Origin: Escherichia phage REP5
Sequence record: OQ174504.1
Direction: 5' to 3' (one strand)
DNA: 64,000 bases
The notes under the pieces are model-generated. The model saw nothing but the letters and a program-made list of their open reading frames with translations. It did no database searches and had not been told where the DNA came from. The number at the start of each line of letters is the position of its first letter. Within the stretch, counting starts at the first letter, position 1. The translations under genes and the position numbers were made by a program. This document shows, one piece after another, positions 44,814 through 53,855 of this stretch.

Positions 44814-45041
44814 TTATAGTTCAGTTTCTCGTAATTCTTTACCTTCATCATAGAAGCATTTATAGAATGTGTCTATAGAGATTCTGGCAAAGGTAAGGTC
44901 TTCAAAGTATTCTTCTGGAGTTATCCCTGTAAAGCTAAAACTACCGAGACTGTAAAATGGTATCACTGTGTCGTGACTCACGAAAACACATGCTGACGTG
45001 ACTTCTCCAGTATCTTTGTCAATTACCTCTAGAGCTTTCAT
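44814..45041 (-). CDS. hypothetical small protein
   Basis: 75-aa ORF. Confidence 0.35.
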   Translation of the reverse strand: MKALEVIDKDTGEVTSACVFVSHDTVIPFYSLGSFSFTGITPEEYFEDLTFARISIDTFYKCFYDEGKELRETEL

Positions 45042-45342
45042 AGCTTACCTTTTCGGTTAGTTCATATAAATCAACATGCTCAATACTGTCAATGTTGATA
45101 TCAATCTTTTTGAAACGCTCCATCACTTCGTTGTCAGTCATCCATATCAGACACCAATGATTCTGGATGGATTCTTCAAGAAGGTCAACACAATCTTTAA
45201 AGGTTTTTGTATCACTTCTTGTCCCTACTACTGCGATTGTTCCATATAGCCACTTACCATTGCCATAGGTTACCTGTGCTACACCAACTTCTTTATCGTT
45301 CTCATAGTAAACGGCTACAAAGTCTCTTCCATTAATCTGCAT
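45019..45342 (-). CDS. hypothetical protein
   Basis: 107-aa ORF. Confidence 0.4.
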   Translation of the reverse strand: MQINGRDFVAVYYENDKEVGVAQVTYGNGKWLYGTIAVVGTRSDTKTFKDCVDLLEESIQNHWCLIWMTDNEVMERFKKIDINIDSIEHVDLYELTEKVSYESSRGN

Positions 45343-45344
45343 AG

Positions 45345-45614
45345 TTACTTCCTCGTTTTTAGAACTGCTAAGATTTCTTTAGAGTCTGGTAAGAACCATG
45401 TGTAGTGATTCTCTTTGATTTCTGGATGAGTGTCAACCTTTATTTTGCACTCTTTACCAACATGCTTAAGCTGTGCTGTGACACCTTGCATAAAGATATG
45501 ACACATCACATTATCCATAACGGTTGGTGAAAAATCAAACCGCATATAAGTTTCTTTTGGTCGTGGTAGCAGTAAGTACCCTTCTACATAGAAAGTGTCT
45601 TCATTCTCTGTCAT
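45345..45614 (-). CDS. hypothetical protein
   Basis: 89-aa ORF. Confidence 0.4.
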   Translation of the reverse strand: MTENEDTFYVEGYLLLPRPKETYMRFDFSPTVMDNVMCHIFMQGVTAQLKHVGKECKIKVDTHPEIKENHYTWFLPDSKEILAVLKTRK

Positions 45615-45880
45615 TGCTGTTTGTTTCCTAATAAAATCATATCAATAAGGTTATTAGCTTTGATTGTGCACTGGTAAAAACCATCACGATAAAACTCAAG
45701 GGCTGCTGCTACATCACTGCCTGTGCTCCCTTTGATAGTATACCGTGATTCTTCTTGAGTGTACTTATCACTCTCACTTACTTGGGAGTTTTTGAATGTA
45801 CTGTTCACTTTGTTCGTTGAACACCCTGACATAATTATCAGTAACACAAACATTATAAAATTCTGGCTTAGTTTTTTCAT
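45611..45880 (-). CDS. lipoprotein, o-spanin-like
   Basis: 89-aa ORF; signal peptide with lipobox-like IIMSGC; start overlaps 3' end of upstream membrane-protein gene in another frame. Confidence 0.35.
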   Translation of the reverse strand: MKKLSQNFIMFVLLIIMSGCSTNKVNSTFKNSQVSESDKYTQEESRYTIKGSTGSDVAAALEFYRDGFYQCTIKANNLIDMILLGNKQQ

Positions 45881-46121
45881 ATGTTAGTACCTCTTTTGTA
45901 TGCTTATTCTTAGCAAGCACATCTTTCAAATCATTTTTGTAATTGGTGCTCAGTGTGACTAAACCTTCCTGATAAGCATCTTTAGCAACACTTATTAGCT
46001 TCTCATTATTTAGCTCAGCTTCAGCAACTTGATAGTCTCTGTAAGAGTATCCTCCCCAGACACCTGCTCCAACTAAGAAAACAATTATGAAAGTAGCTTG
46101 ACAAAACTCTTTAAATGTCAT
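45774..46121 (-). CDS. membrane-anchored protein, i-spanin-like
   Basis: 115-aa ORF; N-terminal TM FIIVFLVGAGVWGGYSY then charged helical region; RBS AGGAG. Confidence 0.4.
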   Translation of the reverse strand: MTFKEFCQATFIIVFLVGAGVWGGYSYRDYQVAEAELNNEKLISVAKDAYQEGLVTLSTNYKNDLKDVLAKNKHTKEVLTYEKTKPEFYNVCVTDNYVRVFNEQSEQYIQKLPSK

Positions 46122-46140
46122 TTAACAATCTCCTGAAATG

Positions 46141-46164
46141 AAAAAAGGCTCCCGAAGGAGCCTG
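46141..46164 (-). terminator. rho-independent terminator
   Basis: Minus-strand hairpin GGCTCCTTCGGGAGCC followed by TTTTTT. Confidence 0.6.
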
Positions 46165-46168
46165 TGTA

Positions 46169-46981
46169 TTATTCTTGACTGTAATAGTTGACAAGTGAAA
46201 TCGCTTGATTCATCAACAACTTATCAGCCTGTGCTCCGCGACCAGCTTGTAATGCCAGTTGGTATACCTCTGTAACATATTTGTTAGACATACCTTCACA
46301 GTAGTCATTATAGTCTTCCCAAAAGGAAAATGCAGCATCACCATATAGGCGTAGTGTAATTAACATTGCTGCACGAATCCCAGAAGAATATTTCCGTTTT
46401 GCGTTTACTACACCTTTAAGCTGTACTTCAAGAGAATCAATTTGTTCCAGCTCATTTTTAAAGTCGTTAAGATATTTAACTGTTTCAGTGTTAGATACTT
46501 GTTGTACACCGTAGTATGCAGCAACATACTTAATAGCAGTTGCCCAAGATGCTTTCATCAGTTCTGACTCTGGGTTGAAAGAAATCATCTTCATATTTCC
46601 GTAATAAACTTCTGAAGGTTTTTCTCTTGCTAACTCAGAGTCAAAATGAGTGTACAAATCTGTGACATCCAATATGGAGTTCACATGGTATATAACTACA
46701 ATCAAGTTTTCTGGTCGTGTCAGGTTACCAACTTTCCATGCCTCTCGACGTGAGTGCCCATCAATGATGAACAGTGAACTGCCGAACTTAGCCACATGGA
46801 CTACTGTTTGGTCTGGTGATACGTCACCATTAAGGTGTTTACTTTTCAGACGCTTAAGTGTATTTCGTTGACGAGGGTTTTCTTTGTAACGTTTTTCATT
46901 AAGAAAATCCTCGACACTGATAATCTTAGTGTGAATTTTAACAACCTTGCCATTCAGTGCTACATTGATGCTGTTTGCCAT
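46169..46981 (-). CDS. ParB-like N-terminal domain protein
   Basis: 270-aa ORF; KENPRQR (box-I-like) and IIDGHSRREAW (GxxRxxA-like) motifs. Confidence 0.5.
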   Translation of the reverse strand: MANSINVALNGKVVKIHTKIISVEDFLNEKRYKENPRQRNTLKRLKSKHLNGDVSPDQTVVHVAKFGSSLFIIDGHSRREAWKVGNLTRPENLIVVIYHVNSILDVTDLYTHFDSELAREKPSEVYYGNMKMISFNPESELMKASWATAIKYVAAYYGVQQVSNTETVKYLNDFKNELEQIDSLEVQLKGVVNAKRKYSSGIRAAMLITLRLYGDAAFSFWEDYNDYCEGMSNKYVTEVYQLALQAGRGAQADKLLMNQAISLVNYYSQE

Positions 46982-46992
46982 AACTTGATACC

Positions 46993-47877
46993 TTAGTTGT
47001 GGATAATTACTTCGTTAATATCTTTGCTTCTCTGTGCATGTATTGTGTATGAATGGCTAACCTCTGTCAAGTTAAAATTTTCAGGAATTAGTTTTGCCCA
47101 TCCATCCCACTGAGAGTTTGACATCAAAACTTTAGAGCCTAACTCCCCCCAAGAAATCATATCTTCGCATAATTTTACAGACATCTCAATGTCAAACTTT
47201 GCACCATATTTCTGGTTGGTGTTGATATACGGGGGGTCACAGTAAATAACTGTGCCTTCTCCATGTTTTATGTCAACCCTGTCATAAGGTTCACTGCTAA
47301 GTATTACCCTCTCATCAGTGATAAAACTGTAGAACGCGGATAGTGATTCTTTAGTTTTTGTGAAGAAAATCTCTTCTTCCAGTAAATACCCACAAGGTGT
47401 TGCATAGTGACCTTTCATCTCTTTAGTAGTCTGCCATACACCACCAAAACTTAGTTTTTGAAGGAAAAACTGTCTGGCGTAGTACCTGTAGTCATATGCT
47501 CCCTCTTCACCAAGCAAAAGAAGTTCCTCTCTTACACTGTAATACATTTTATAGCGTAGACGGTTATGACGCTGGCCTTTCACGGCATACTCTTCCTGCA
47601 TAGGTAAGGCTAAGTACCTCTTTGACAAGTACTCAAATTCTTCCATGAAGTTCTCATAGTCATCTCTGAAAGTTGTGTAAAGACCTATAATATGTTTATT
47701 TATCTCATTAATAAACACTTTTGCCTCTGGATATCTGTTATAAGCCCATATAGCTACTGAACCACCACCTGAAAACAGGTCATAGAAGTTTGTACAGTTG
47801 TCTGGAAAGACACCTAAACGCTCATACTCTTTTAATATTCTTGTTTTACCACCAAGATATTTGAACATCGGCTTCAT
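46993..47877 (-). CDS. dam: DNA N6-adenine methyltransferase (Dam-like)
   Basis: 294-aa ORF; motif I FSGGGSV and motif IV DPPY. Confidence 0.75.
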   Translation of the reverse strand: MKPMFKYLGGKTRILKEYERLGVFPDNCTNFYDLFSGGGSVAIWAYNRYPEAKVFINEINKHIIGLYTTFRDDYENFMEEFEYLSKRYLALPMQEEYAVKGQRHNRLRYKMYYSVREELLLLGEEGAYDYRYYARQFFLQKLSFGGVWQTTKEMKGHYATPCGYLLEEEIFFTKTKESLSAFYSFITDERVILSSEPYDRVDIKHGEGTVIYCDPPYINTNQKYGAKFDIEMSVKLCEDMISWGELGSKVLMSNSQWDGWAKLIPENFNLTEVSHSYTIHAQRSKDINEVIIHN

Positions 47878-47894
47878 TAATACTCCTTGAAATT

Positions 47895-47918
47895 TAAAAA
47901 GGCTCCCGAAGGAGCCTG
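47895..47918 (-). terminator. rho-independent terminator
   Basis: Minus-strand hairpin GGCTCCTTCGGGAGCC followed by TTTTT. Confidence 0.6.
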
Positions 47919-47928
47919 TATCTTAACC

Positions 47929-48393
47929 TTAACCGAGGACTTTAGCAAGGATATTCGCAGCCATCGAAGAAGCTTTTGCAGCAGCAACTACGCCAGCTTT
48001 GACAGTGCTATCCTTAATAGCAGATACCGTTGCAGCATCAGTAAAGAGATAAGTGATTGTTTTAGAACCACTTGTAAAGGAAAGCATAAGAGTAGTTTCC
48101 AGATTGAAAGAGCGATACGGAGCACCTTCTTTAACGATACCTTCAGCACCTAACTCTGAAGCCTTACCCATATCATAGATAGTCATCAGGTTTTCTTTGT
48201 GTGCAGTCGTTGAACCAGCACCTTTTACGTGTTTTTTAACATTCAACAATGCACGATATTCACGAATGCTGCCATCAGCTTTTACATTAACAGCACGGAA
48301 GATTTTACCCTCAAAGTTGCTCTTGATAATGTTACGAACTACTTCAGATTTGTTTTCCGTAACGTCCAGTGCTACCGTAATGATATTGTTCAT
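47929..48393 (-). CDS. hypothetical protein
   Basis: 154-aa ORF with RBS. Confidence 0.4.
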   Translation of the reverse strand: MNNIITVALDVTENKSEVVRNIIKSNFEGKIFRAVNVKADGSIREYRALLNVKKHVKGAGSTTAHKENLMTIYDMGKASELGAEGIVKEGAPYRSFNLETTLMLSFTSGSKTITYLFTDAATVSAIKDSTVKAGVVAAAKASSMAANILAKVLG

Positions 48394-48402
48394 AAGTTTC
48401 TC

Positions 48403-49098
48403 TCAATGTTTAACTAACATGGTTTTGATGTGTGGAAGGATTCTGTTAACCTTCTGAACATTCTTCTCTGTATCTTCTATAAAACATACTATATTAAAGT
48501 AAGGAAGAATGCAAGACTGAATCATCCTAACCTTTAAACTTTCTGCACTTAGGGAATTTGTTCCAAAGCCACGCATAAAAAGCAAGTAATCATGCTCTAT
48601 ATTGTGTCTTAAAAACATCTCAGTAGGTATTCTCTGAGTCTCACCTCTTGCTGTCAAGAACCCAACGGCTGCATGATTTGCAATTGCATCAATGATGTGG
48701 AAAACATATGTTGGTTTTGCTCTTACAGCATCAAGTAAGTTGGTGTACTGTGAAAATGACCCATCAGTCAACTCTGCTGAGTAAGCTTCGTGATTAAAAT
48801 ATGTTAGAACACCATCAATATCTGCTAGGATAAGATTTCCTTTCTCTACAAGGTCTTTATTGACTATGACTAGGCTATCACGTCTTACACCTATGGCTTT
48901 CCCAGTCTCTTTATCGACAACATTCACAATTGGCTCCGGTGTGTGGAACTCTTCGAGTGAACATACAACTTCTCTTGCAGTGTCTTCAAAATCCCTACAC
49001 TGTTCTGGAGTCCATACACAGGAATCAAGACCTAACTCATGAGGATGTAAGTCGTAAGCATGACACAGTACTTCATCAGACTTTTTTAATTTTTTCAT
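48403..49098 (-). CDS. HAD-superfamily phosphatase-like protein
   Basis: 231-aa ORF; motif ILADIDGVLT. Confidence 0.5.
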   Translation of the reverse strand: MKKLKKSDEVLCHAYDLHPHELGLDSCVWTPEQCRDFEDTAREVVCSLEEFHTPEPIVNVVDKETGKAIGVRRDSLVIVNKDLVEKGNLILADIDGVLTYFNHEAYSAELTDGSFSQYTNLLDAVRAKPTYVFHIIDAIANHAAVGFLTARGETQRIPTEMFLRHNIEHDYLLFMRGFGTNSLSAESLKVRMIQSCILPYFNIVCFIEDTEKNVQKVNRILPHIKTMLVKH

Positions 49099-49624
49099 GG
49101 TTTACCTTAGAAATGTTTGTTGCAAATTCACATTGAGCAATGACTTTCATGTTGTTATAGACATCTTGAGAATATTTCTTAGCTTTAGGGATTTTGTACG
49201 AATACCCAGCATTATATGATGCTAAAACTTTTTGTAAAGTCTTCTTTGACTTTGGCTGACCATGCACCTTTGTCCAAAACTCAAGCTCTTTGTGAGTTTC
49301 CTTCGCAGCATAATCAAAGTCTCTTAAGAGTTTCTTTTTAGCCACATTAGGGCTAATTTTGTTACGCTTTACAACAGTCTTCAAGTGATTCTGGAAAATA
49401 CCATAATCATGTGTCTTTTTATTCTCTACCTTCAGACCTAACTCTGACTCTTGTAAGGCTATAGCAGCTAGAGTGATACCCCAACCTTTACCCATGTTGT
49501 TCTCACCATACTGGTAAGCTTTTAACATGTTTACTTTTTGGCTAATTGATAGCTCTGGGCAGTCAACTGCATAAGATAAGTGTGCTGTAAACATTAAGCA
49601 CAAACCTAGAATCAATTTCTTCAT
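49076..49624 (-). CDS. secreted protein, possible lytic transglycosylase-like
   Basis: 182-aa ORF; N-terminal signal peptide; AIALQESELG resembles SLT catalytic region (weak). Confidence 0.4.
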   Translation of the reverse strand: MKKLILGLCLMFTAHLSYAVDCPELSISQKVNMLKAYQYGENNMGKGWGITLAAIALQESELGLKVENKKTHDYGIFQNHLKTVVKRNKISPNVAKKKLLRDFDYAAKETHKELEFWTKVHGQPKSKKTLQKVLASYNAGYSYKIPKAKKYSQDVYNNMKVIAQCEFATNISKVNHEKIKKV

Positions 49625-49683
49625 TGGTTCTCCTGTTTAGTTTATCGTGACAACAATTATACAGCACTCTGCACAAAATACAA

Positions 49684-49710
49684 ATAAAAAAGGCCGCCGA
49701 AGCAGCCTTT
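49684..49710 (-). terminator. rho-independent terminator after rIIB-like gene
   Basis: Minus-strand hairpin AGGCTGCTTCGGCGGCCT followed by TTTTTTATTT. Confidence 0.55.
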
Positions 49711-49724
49711 TAAGAAATTACTTA

Positions 49725-50834
49725 TTAGATTTCACGTTTACGCTGAGAGATAAGTTCACCAGCAGTGCCAACGATGACATGCAAAGCTTCAGTCTTGCCA
49801 TCCCATGCTTTCAGTACTTTACGTTGATTATCAACGATTGCTGCAACTTCATAACGAGACGAGCGCATCTTCATATCGTTGTAATCAGTTGGTACGGATA
49901 CAACGTCTCGTGGATGGACACGAACCTTCAGAATTGTATCACCTGAGAAGTAACGAACATAATCCCAAGCACCAACGTGAAGACCTTGAGAGCAAGTCAC
50001 GTTACGGTTATTATCAACCATCCAACGTGGCATTTCTACAATGTTACCCAAATCATTAGGTACTTTGCAGGTGCGGGAGTCAACCAGCTTGCCTTCACGA
50101 GTAGAGACTTTCTTCCAACCAATGATGTAGCCTTCTTCATCAATTTCAACATCAAGGTGAGATATGAATCCCCAAAGTTGTTCTACAGAATCTTTAGATG
50201 GGTTTTCCATCAGTTTTTCGAAGAACATTACAAGTCGTTCAAAACCTTTATCACCAGTCTTCATCATGTGAAGTATACGGTCAACCAGAGTAGAACGCAT
50301 CTCAACAGCACCGTAGAATAGCTTATCACCTTTGATTGTGATAGCTCCCTGCGTGAAGTTTTCGATAGACTTACGAATGTTCATCAGTTCAAAGGCTTTC
50401 TTGAACTCACCTTTCACAACATGAACTACAATCTCTTGATAGTTCGGATGAGTAGACTCAACAATTTCAGATTCTGAACCGTAAGTCATAATTACAGAGT
50501 CACCAGTAATCATGTACTCAATCTTGTCATCTTTCTGCATAGCTTCGTGCAGTTTATTTACTGGAGCTTTCTGTACAGAATCTTTAACAACCTTTTCAAC
50601 TGGTTTGTCAGCTTTCTTTTTAAAGGTCTTAGCAACTTGCTTCAAAGTCTTCGTAGCTGGTGTAGAAGTTACCTTCTTATTCCCTTTTAATGTTGCTTCA
50701 TGACGCTCTACAGCACGACCGACTGAACGGGTTGAAGTATTAAATTTCTGTGCAATAGCTGTTTTAGTCAGCTTACCTTCTTTAACCAGTTTGTAAATTT
50801 CTGCGTCAATCTGTGCTTTAGTTTTAGTAGTCAT
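49725..50834 (-). CDS. rIIB: rIIB-like protein
   Basis: 369-aa ORF directly downstream of rIIA-like gene; size and order. Confidence 0.55.
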   Translation of the reverse strand: MTTKTKAQIDAEIYKLVKEGKLTKTAIAQKFNTSTRSVGRAVERHEATLKGNKKVTSTPATKTLKQVAKTFKKKADKPVEKVVKDSVQKAPVNKLHEAMQKDDKIEYMITGDSVIMTYGSESEIVESTHPNYQEIVVHVVKGEFKKAFELMNIRKSIENFTQGAITIKGDKLFYGAVEMRSTLVDRILHMMKTGDKGFERLVMFFEKLMENPSKDSVEQLWGFISHLDVEIDEEGYIIGWKKVSTREGKLVDSRTCKVPNDLGNIVEMPRWMVDNNRNVTCSQGLHVGAWDYVRYFSGDTILKVRVHPRDVVSVPTDYNDMKMRSSRYEVAAIVDNQRKVLKAWDGKTEALHVIVGTAGELISQRKREI

Positions 50835-50913
50835 CTTATTACTCTCTCTTGTTAGTTAATAAATCATTTTGTGAGGATATTCTAAGGGGCTTTGAAGCCC
50901 CTTGTCAAACACT

Positions 50914-53280
50914 TTAATCGTAAATTGTAGTCCCTTCTGGAACACACTTCACATCAAAGCCCAAGAACTTGCTCACTTCGATGGGTGACACTTTATTCCA
51001 ATCTAAATGAGAAAGCAAGAAGTTTTCTTGTTTTCTTTTTGAAAGATAGTTTGTCACCTTAATAACCATACGGTCACCAGCTTTTTTGATTTTCTTGTAC
51101 AGCTTTGTATCGTTGTCAAGGCATTCTTTCAAAGTTTGCAACCTGCTAACAGTGTAAGTGTATGCAAACGGTGCAGCAACGTATTGGATTTTACCAAACA
51201 TTGCCTCAACAGCATCTTCATTACCTTCTAAGAAGATAGTTTTATTTGTGTCTCGTGAATAGCAATAACCACGAGAAATCTTCCTGTTATTGAACGTAAA
51301 GTTTCTGGCAATAATCCAATTGCTTGTAAGGTCAAGGACACCATTCATATAGATACGTGTCATATACCTGTTATGGTTAATCCAGTGAACATCAGTTAAG
51401 CTGTCGTTCAAGAGCTTCTCATCTACTTCAATCCAGTCTTCTGGTATCTTTTTCCAATTTGCTTTTCGGAAAACATATACTGTCTTTCCAATGACATTGG
51501 CAACTGACTTAGCTACATCTTCTGGAGATGAGCAAAAACATTCGCCATCAACTGTGTCGCCTACTGCCTTAATATAAAGCTGAGGCTCTTCAATCGTATC
51601 TAAGTCTTCTGACACCTCTTTGTATGAAGCTACACCTTCTGCTGGAACAGCTTTCCAAAGTTTTACAACACCTCTTACAGCTTCTTTACGCTGATAATGA
51701 TGTTCATTATCAGACATCTTAACAATCTTTAACAAGCTTTTATCAAGTTTGTGCAGATTGATTAAGTCGTCTAACTCTTTCTCTGTAGAGAATACAAAGA
51801 CAATACCATTATATCTGTGAAACATACTCGACTCACTGGCATAGTCTCGACATGCACCACGCAAGATTTGATTGCGTCCTACAGTCTTCTCAGTACCGTT
51901 TTTATTGCGACGGTCATTGATAACAAACAAAAACTGTTCAATTTGGCTTTTGCGCATTGCACCAAAGATATTGAACATACTTGCCTCTTGAGTGTAGGAA
52001 AGTGATGTTGCACGAATCTTACTCTCTAAAGAGTTGAACTTGACATAAGCAACTGGGTCATAAAGATAATCTACTTTAGGGATGTTGTTTCCGTTCCTAT
52101 CAACCTTAATATTACCTTTACCGTCACGTTCATAAATGACTGAGCCGTCTTCTGCGTAGATAATTCCACGACGAATGTTTAGTAATTCTTCTTCCAGAGA
52201 ATCAAGCTTAACACCTCCCCACTCTAACTTTGGACACACAGCATTAAACATCTCTCGTGAGTTCAAACGTAACTCAGCATAAGCCTGTGCAGCATCCATG
52301 AGTGTAGGTTGACTGTTAACTTTCTTGATAACATCCTTTGTAATTGCTTCAGTTATCTTTTTAGTAGCCTCGATGATAACATTTTTTGTCGTGTCATTCA
52401 TCTGCAATGCTTCACGAGAAGCTGCAATAGCAACTGAACCAATAGGCATGTAGATGTTTACAAGGTCTACGCTCCTACGGAAAAACTCTGGCAAGACTTT
52501 GAAGAAATCATCACCAAGTAACGCTTCCATGTTAACTGGATAGGCAATATTACCCATCACCACATTGAATTCTGTCCTGTTACTACTAGAGCGCCAGCTT
52601 TGCTTATGAATCATGGCATCATAAACACCTTCTTCACGGGCAATGACATTCATATCTGCTAATACATCATCGTATACAATGTTGCTTTCTGGTTTTACAG
52701 TGAAGTATGAGTATACGTTACCAGCTTCTTCAAAGAACTTTGAAATACGGTGGTCAGCAACTGCTACACGTACAGCTAAACCATTAGGCTCTTTTGTTGG
52801 GTTAGTGGTCAGCTTAGTTACTTGAGGGATACCATTCTCAAGATAAACAGAGTACTTGTTAACAACACCATCAACATAGCTAGACACTGTGAATGACTGA
52901 GCAATTGCAAATGGAGATTTTGAACCAATACCCATTGCACCAATGTAGTCATTAGAGTCATTCTTCGTAGAAGCCCCGTAATTTAGATACAAACTCATAA
53001 CTTTATCATGAGTCAATCCAGTTCCAAAATCACGAACTTCGAAGTAAGGCTCAAAACGAGTAGGTAAATGCACATGGAATGGGATGTTCTCTTTTCCAGC
53101 TTCTTTCTGAGCATCTACTGCGTTACATGACAGTTCACGAATAACTGCCCTTTCTTTAAAGGTATACACACCAGAACTCAAAAGGCTGAACATTTCAGGT
53201 GTCATTGTAATCTGTGCTTGAGACGTCTCTAAAGAAGTTGAACTCTTAATCACTTCTGCGTGGTTGTTTACCATGCGCAT
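50914..53280 (-). CDS. rIIA: rIIA-like protein (GHKL ATPase fold)
   Basis: 788-aa ORF; N-box-like ELSCNAVDA and G1-like DFGTGL motifs. Confidence 0.65.
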   Translation of the reverse strand: MRMVNNHAEVIKSSTSLETSQAQITMTPEMFSLLSSGVYTFKERAVIRELSCNAVDAQKEAGKENIPFHVHLPTRFEPYFEVRDFGTGLTHDKVMSLYLNYGASTKNDSNDYIGAMGIGSKSPFAIAQSFTVSSYVDGVVNKYSVYLENGIPQVTKLTTNPTKEPNGLAVRVAVADHRISKFFEEAGNVYSYFTVKPESNIVYDDVLADMNVIAREEGVYDAMIHKQSWRSSSNRTEFNVVMGNIAYPVNMEALLGDDFFKVLPEFFRRSVDLVNIYMPIGSVAIAASREALQMNDTTKNVIIEATKKITEAITKDVIKKVNSQPTLMDAAQAYAELRLNSREMFNAVCPKLEWGGVKLDSLEEELLNIRRGIIYAEDGSVIYERDGKGNIKVDRNGNNIPKVDYLYDPVAYVKFNSLESKIRATSLSYTQEASMFNIFGAMRKSQIEQFLFVINDRRNKNGTEKTVGRNQILRGACRDYASESSMFHRYNGIVFVFSTEKELDDLINLHKLDKSLLKIVKMSDNEHHYQRKEAVRGVVKLWKAVPAEGVASYKEVSEDLDTIEEPQLYIKAVGDTVDGECFCSSPEDVAKSVANVIGKTVYVFRKANWKKIPEDWIEVDEKLLNDSLTDVHWINHNRYMTRIYMNGVLDLTSNWIIARNFTFNNRKISRGYCYSRDTNKTIFLEGNEDAVEAMFGKIQYVAAPFAYTYTVSRLQTLKECLDNDTKLYKKIKKAGDRMVIKVTNYLSKRKQENFLLSHLDWNKVSPIEVSKFLGFDVKCVPEGTTIYD

Positions 53281-53308
53281 AATACTTTCCTCTTAGTTTA
53301 CTGTTAAA

Positions 53309-53485
53309 TTACTTATTAAACATTTTACCAGAACCACCACAAATAGGGCAACAACCTGCTCTTGTATACCCTTCTCCGTTACAGTAGTCACACTTTTTGT
53401 GTTCTGCAAAGTACTTACAAAGAAGGCAAACAAATATTGCTACACTACCAAGTGACAGTAAAATTTCTATCCAATATGCTTGCAT
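53309..53485 (-). CDS. small membrane/zinc-ribbon protein (below ORF-track cutoff)
   Basis: 58-codon ORF with RBS GAGGTGA; predicted MQAYWIEILLSLGSVAIFVCLL...CDYC...CPIC. Confidence 0.3.
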   Translation of the reverse strand: MQAYWIEILLSLGSVAIFVCLLCKYFAEHKKCDYCNGEGYTRAGCCPICGGSGKMFNK

Positions 53486-53802
53486 GACTCACCTCTCATG
53501 TTTTTGTAAAGGATAAAGCTTCTGTCATGAACGATACTTGTAGATACTGCAAAGTTACTTTCAAGCATCTGTTTATTTGGATTGTAGAAGCTTTCTTTGA
53601 ACTCGTCAAGTGCAAATTGGTGATTGTCTGGAAGACCTTTTACACAGACCTTTATTGTGATTGCTGCTGCAATCTTACCAGTCAGTTCTTCTTTAGCCGC
53701 TACTAAAATTTTGTTAAGGAACTTATGACCATCTTCAGGCTTCTTGATGTTCTCCCAACGTTCTTCTAAGACAATGTTGATGTTCATCTCTTTGATTTTC
53801 AT
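53467..53802 (-). CDS. hypothetical protein
   Basis: 111-aa ORF. Confidence 0.4.
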   Translation of the reverse strand: MKIKEMNINIVLEERWENIKKPEDGHKFLNKILVAAKEELTGKIAAAITIKVCVKGLPDNHQFALDEFKESFYNPNKQMLESNFAVSTSIVHDRSFILYKNMRGESCKHIG

Positions 53803-53817
53803 AGTTTTCTCCAGAAA

Positions 53818-53842
53818 TTAAAAAGGCTCCCGTAGGAGCCTC
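53818..53842 (-). terminator. rho-independent terminator
   Basis: Minus-strand hairpin GGCTCCTACGGGAGCC followed by TTTTT. Confidence 0.6.
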
Positions 53843-53855
53843 TTATCATATACTT

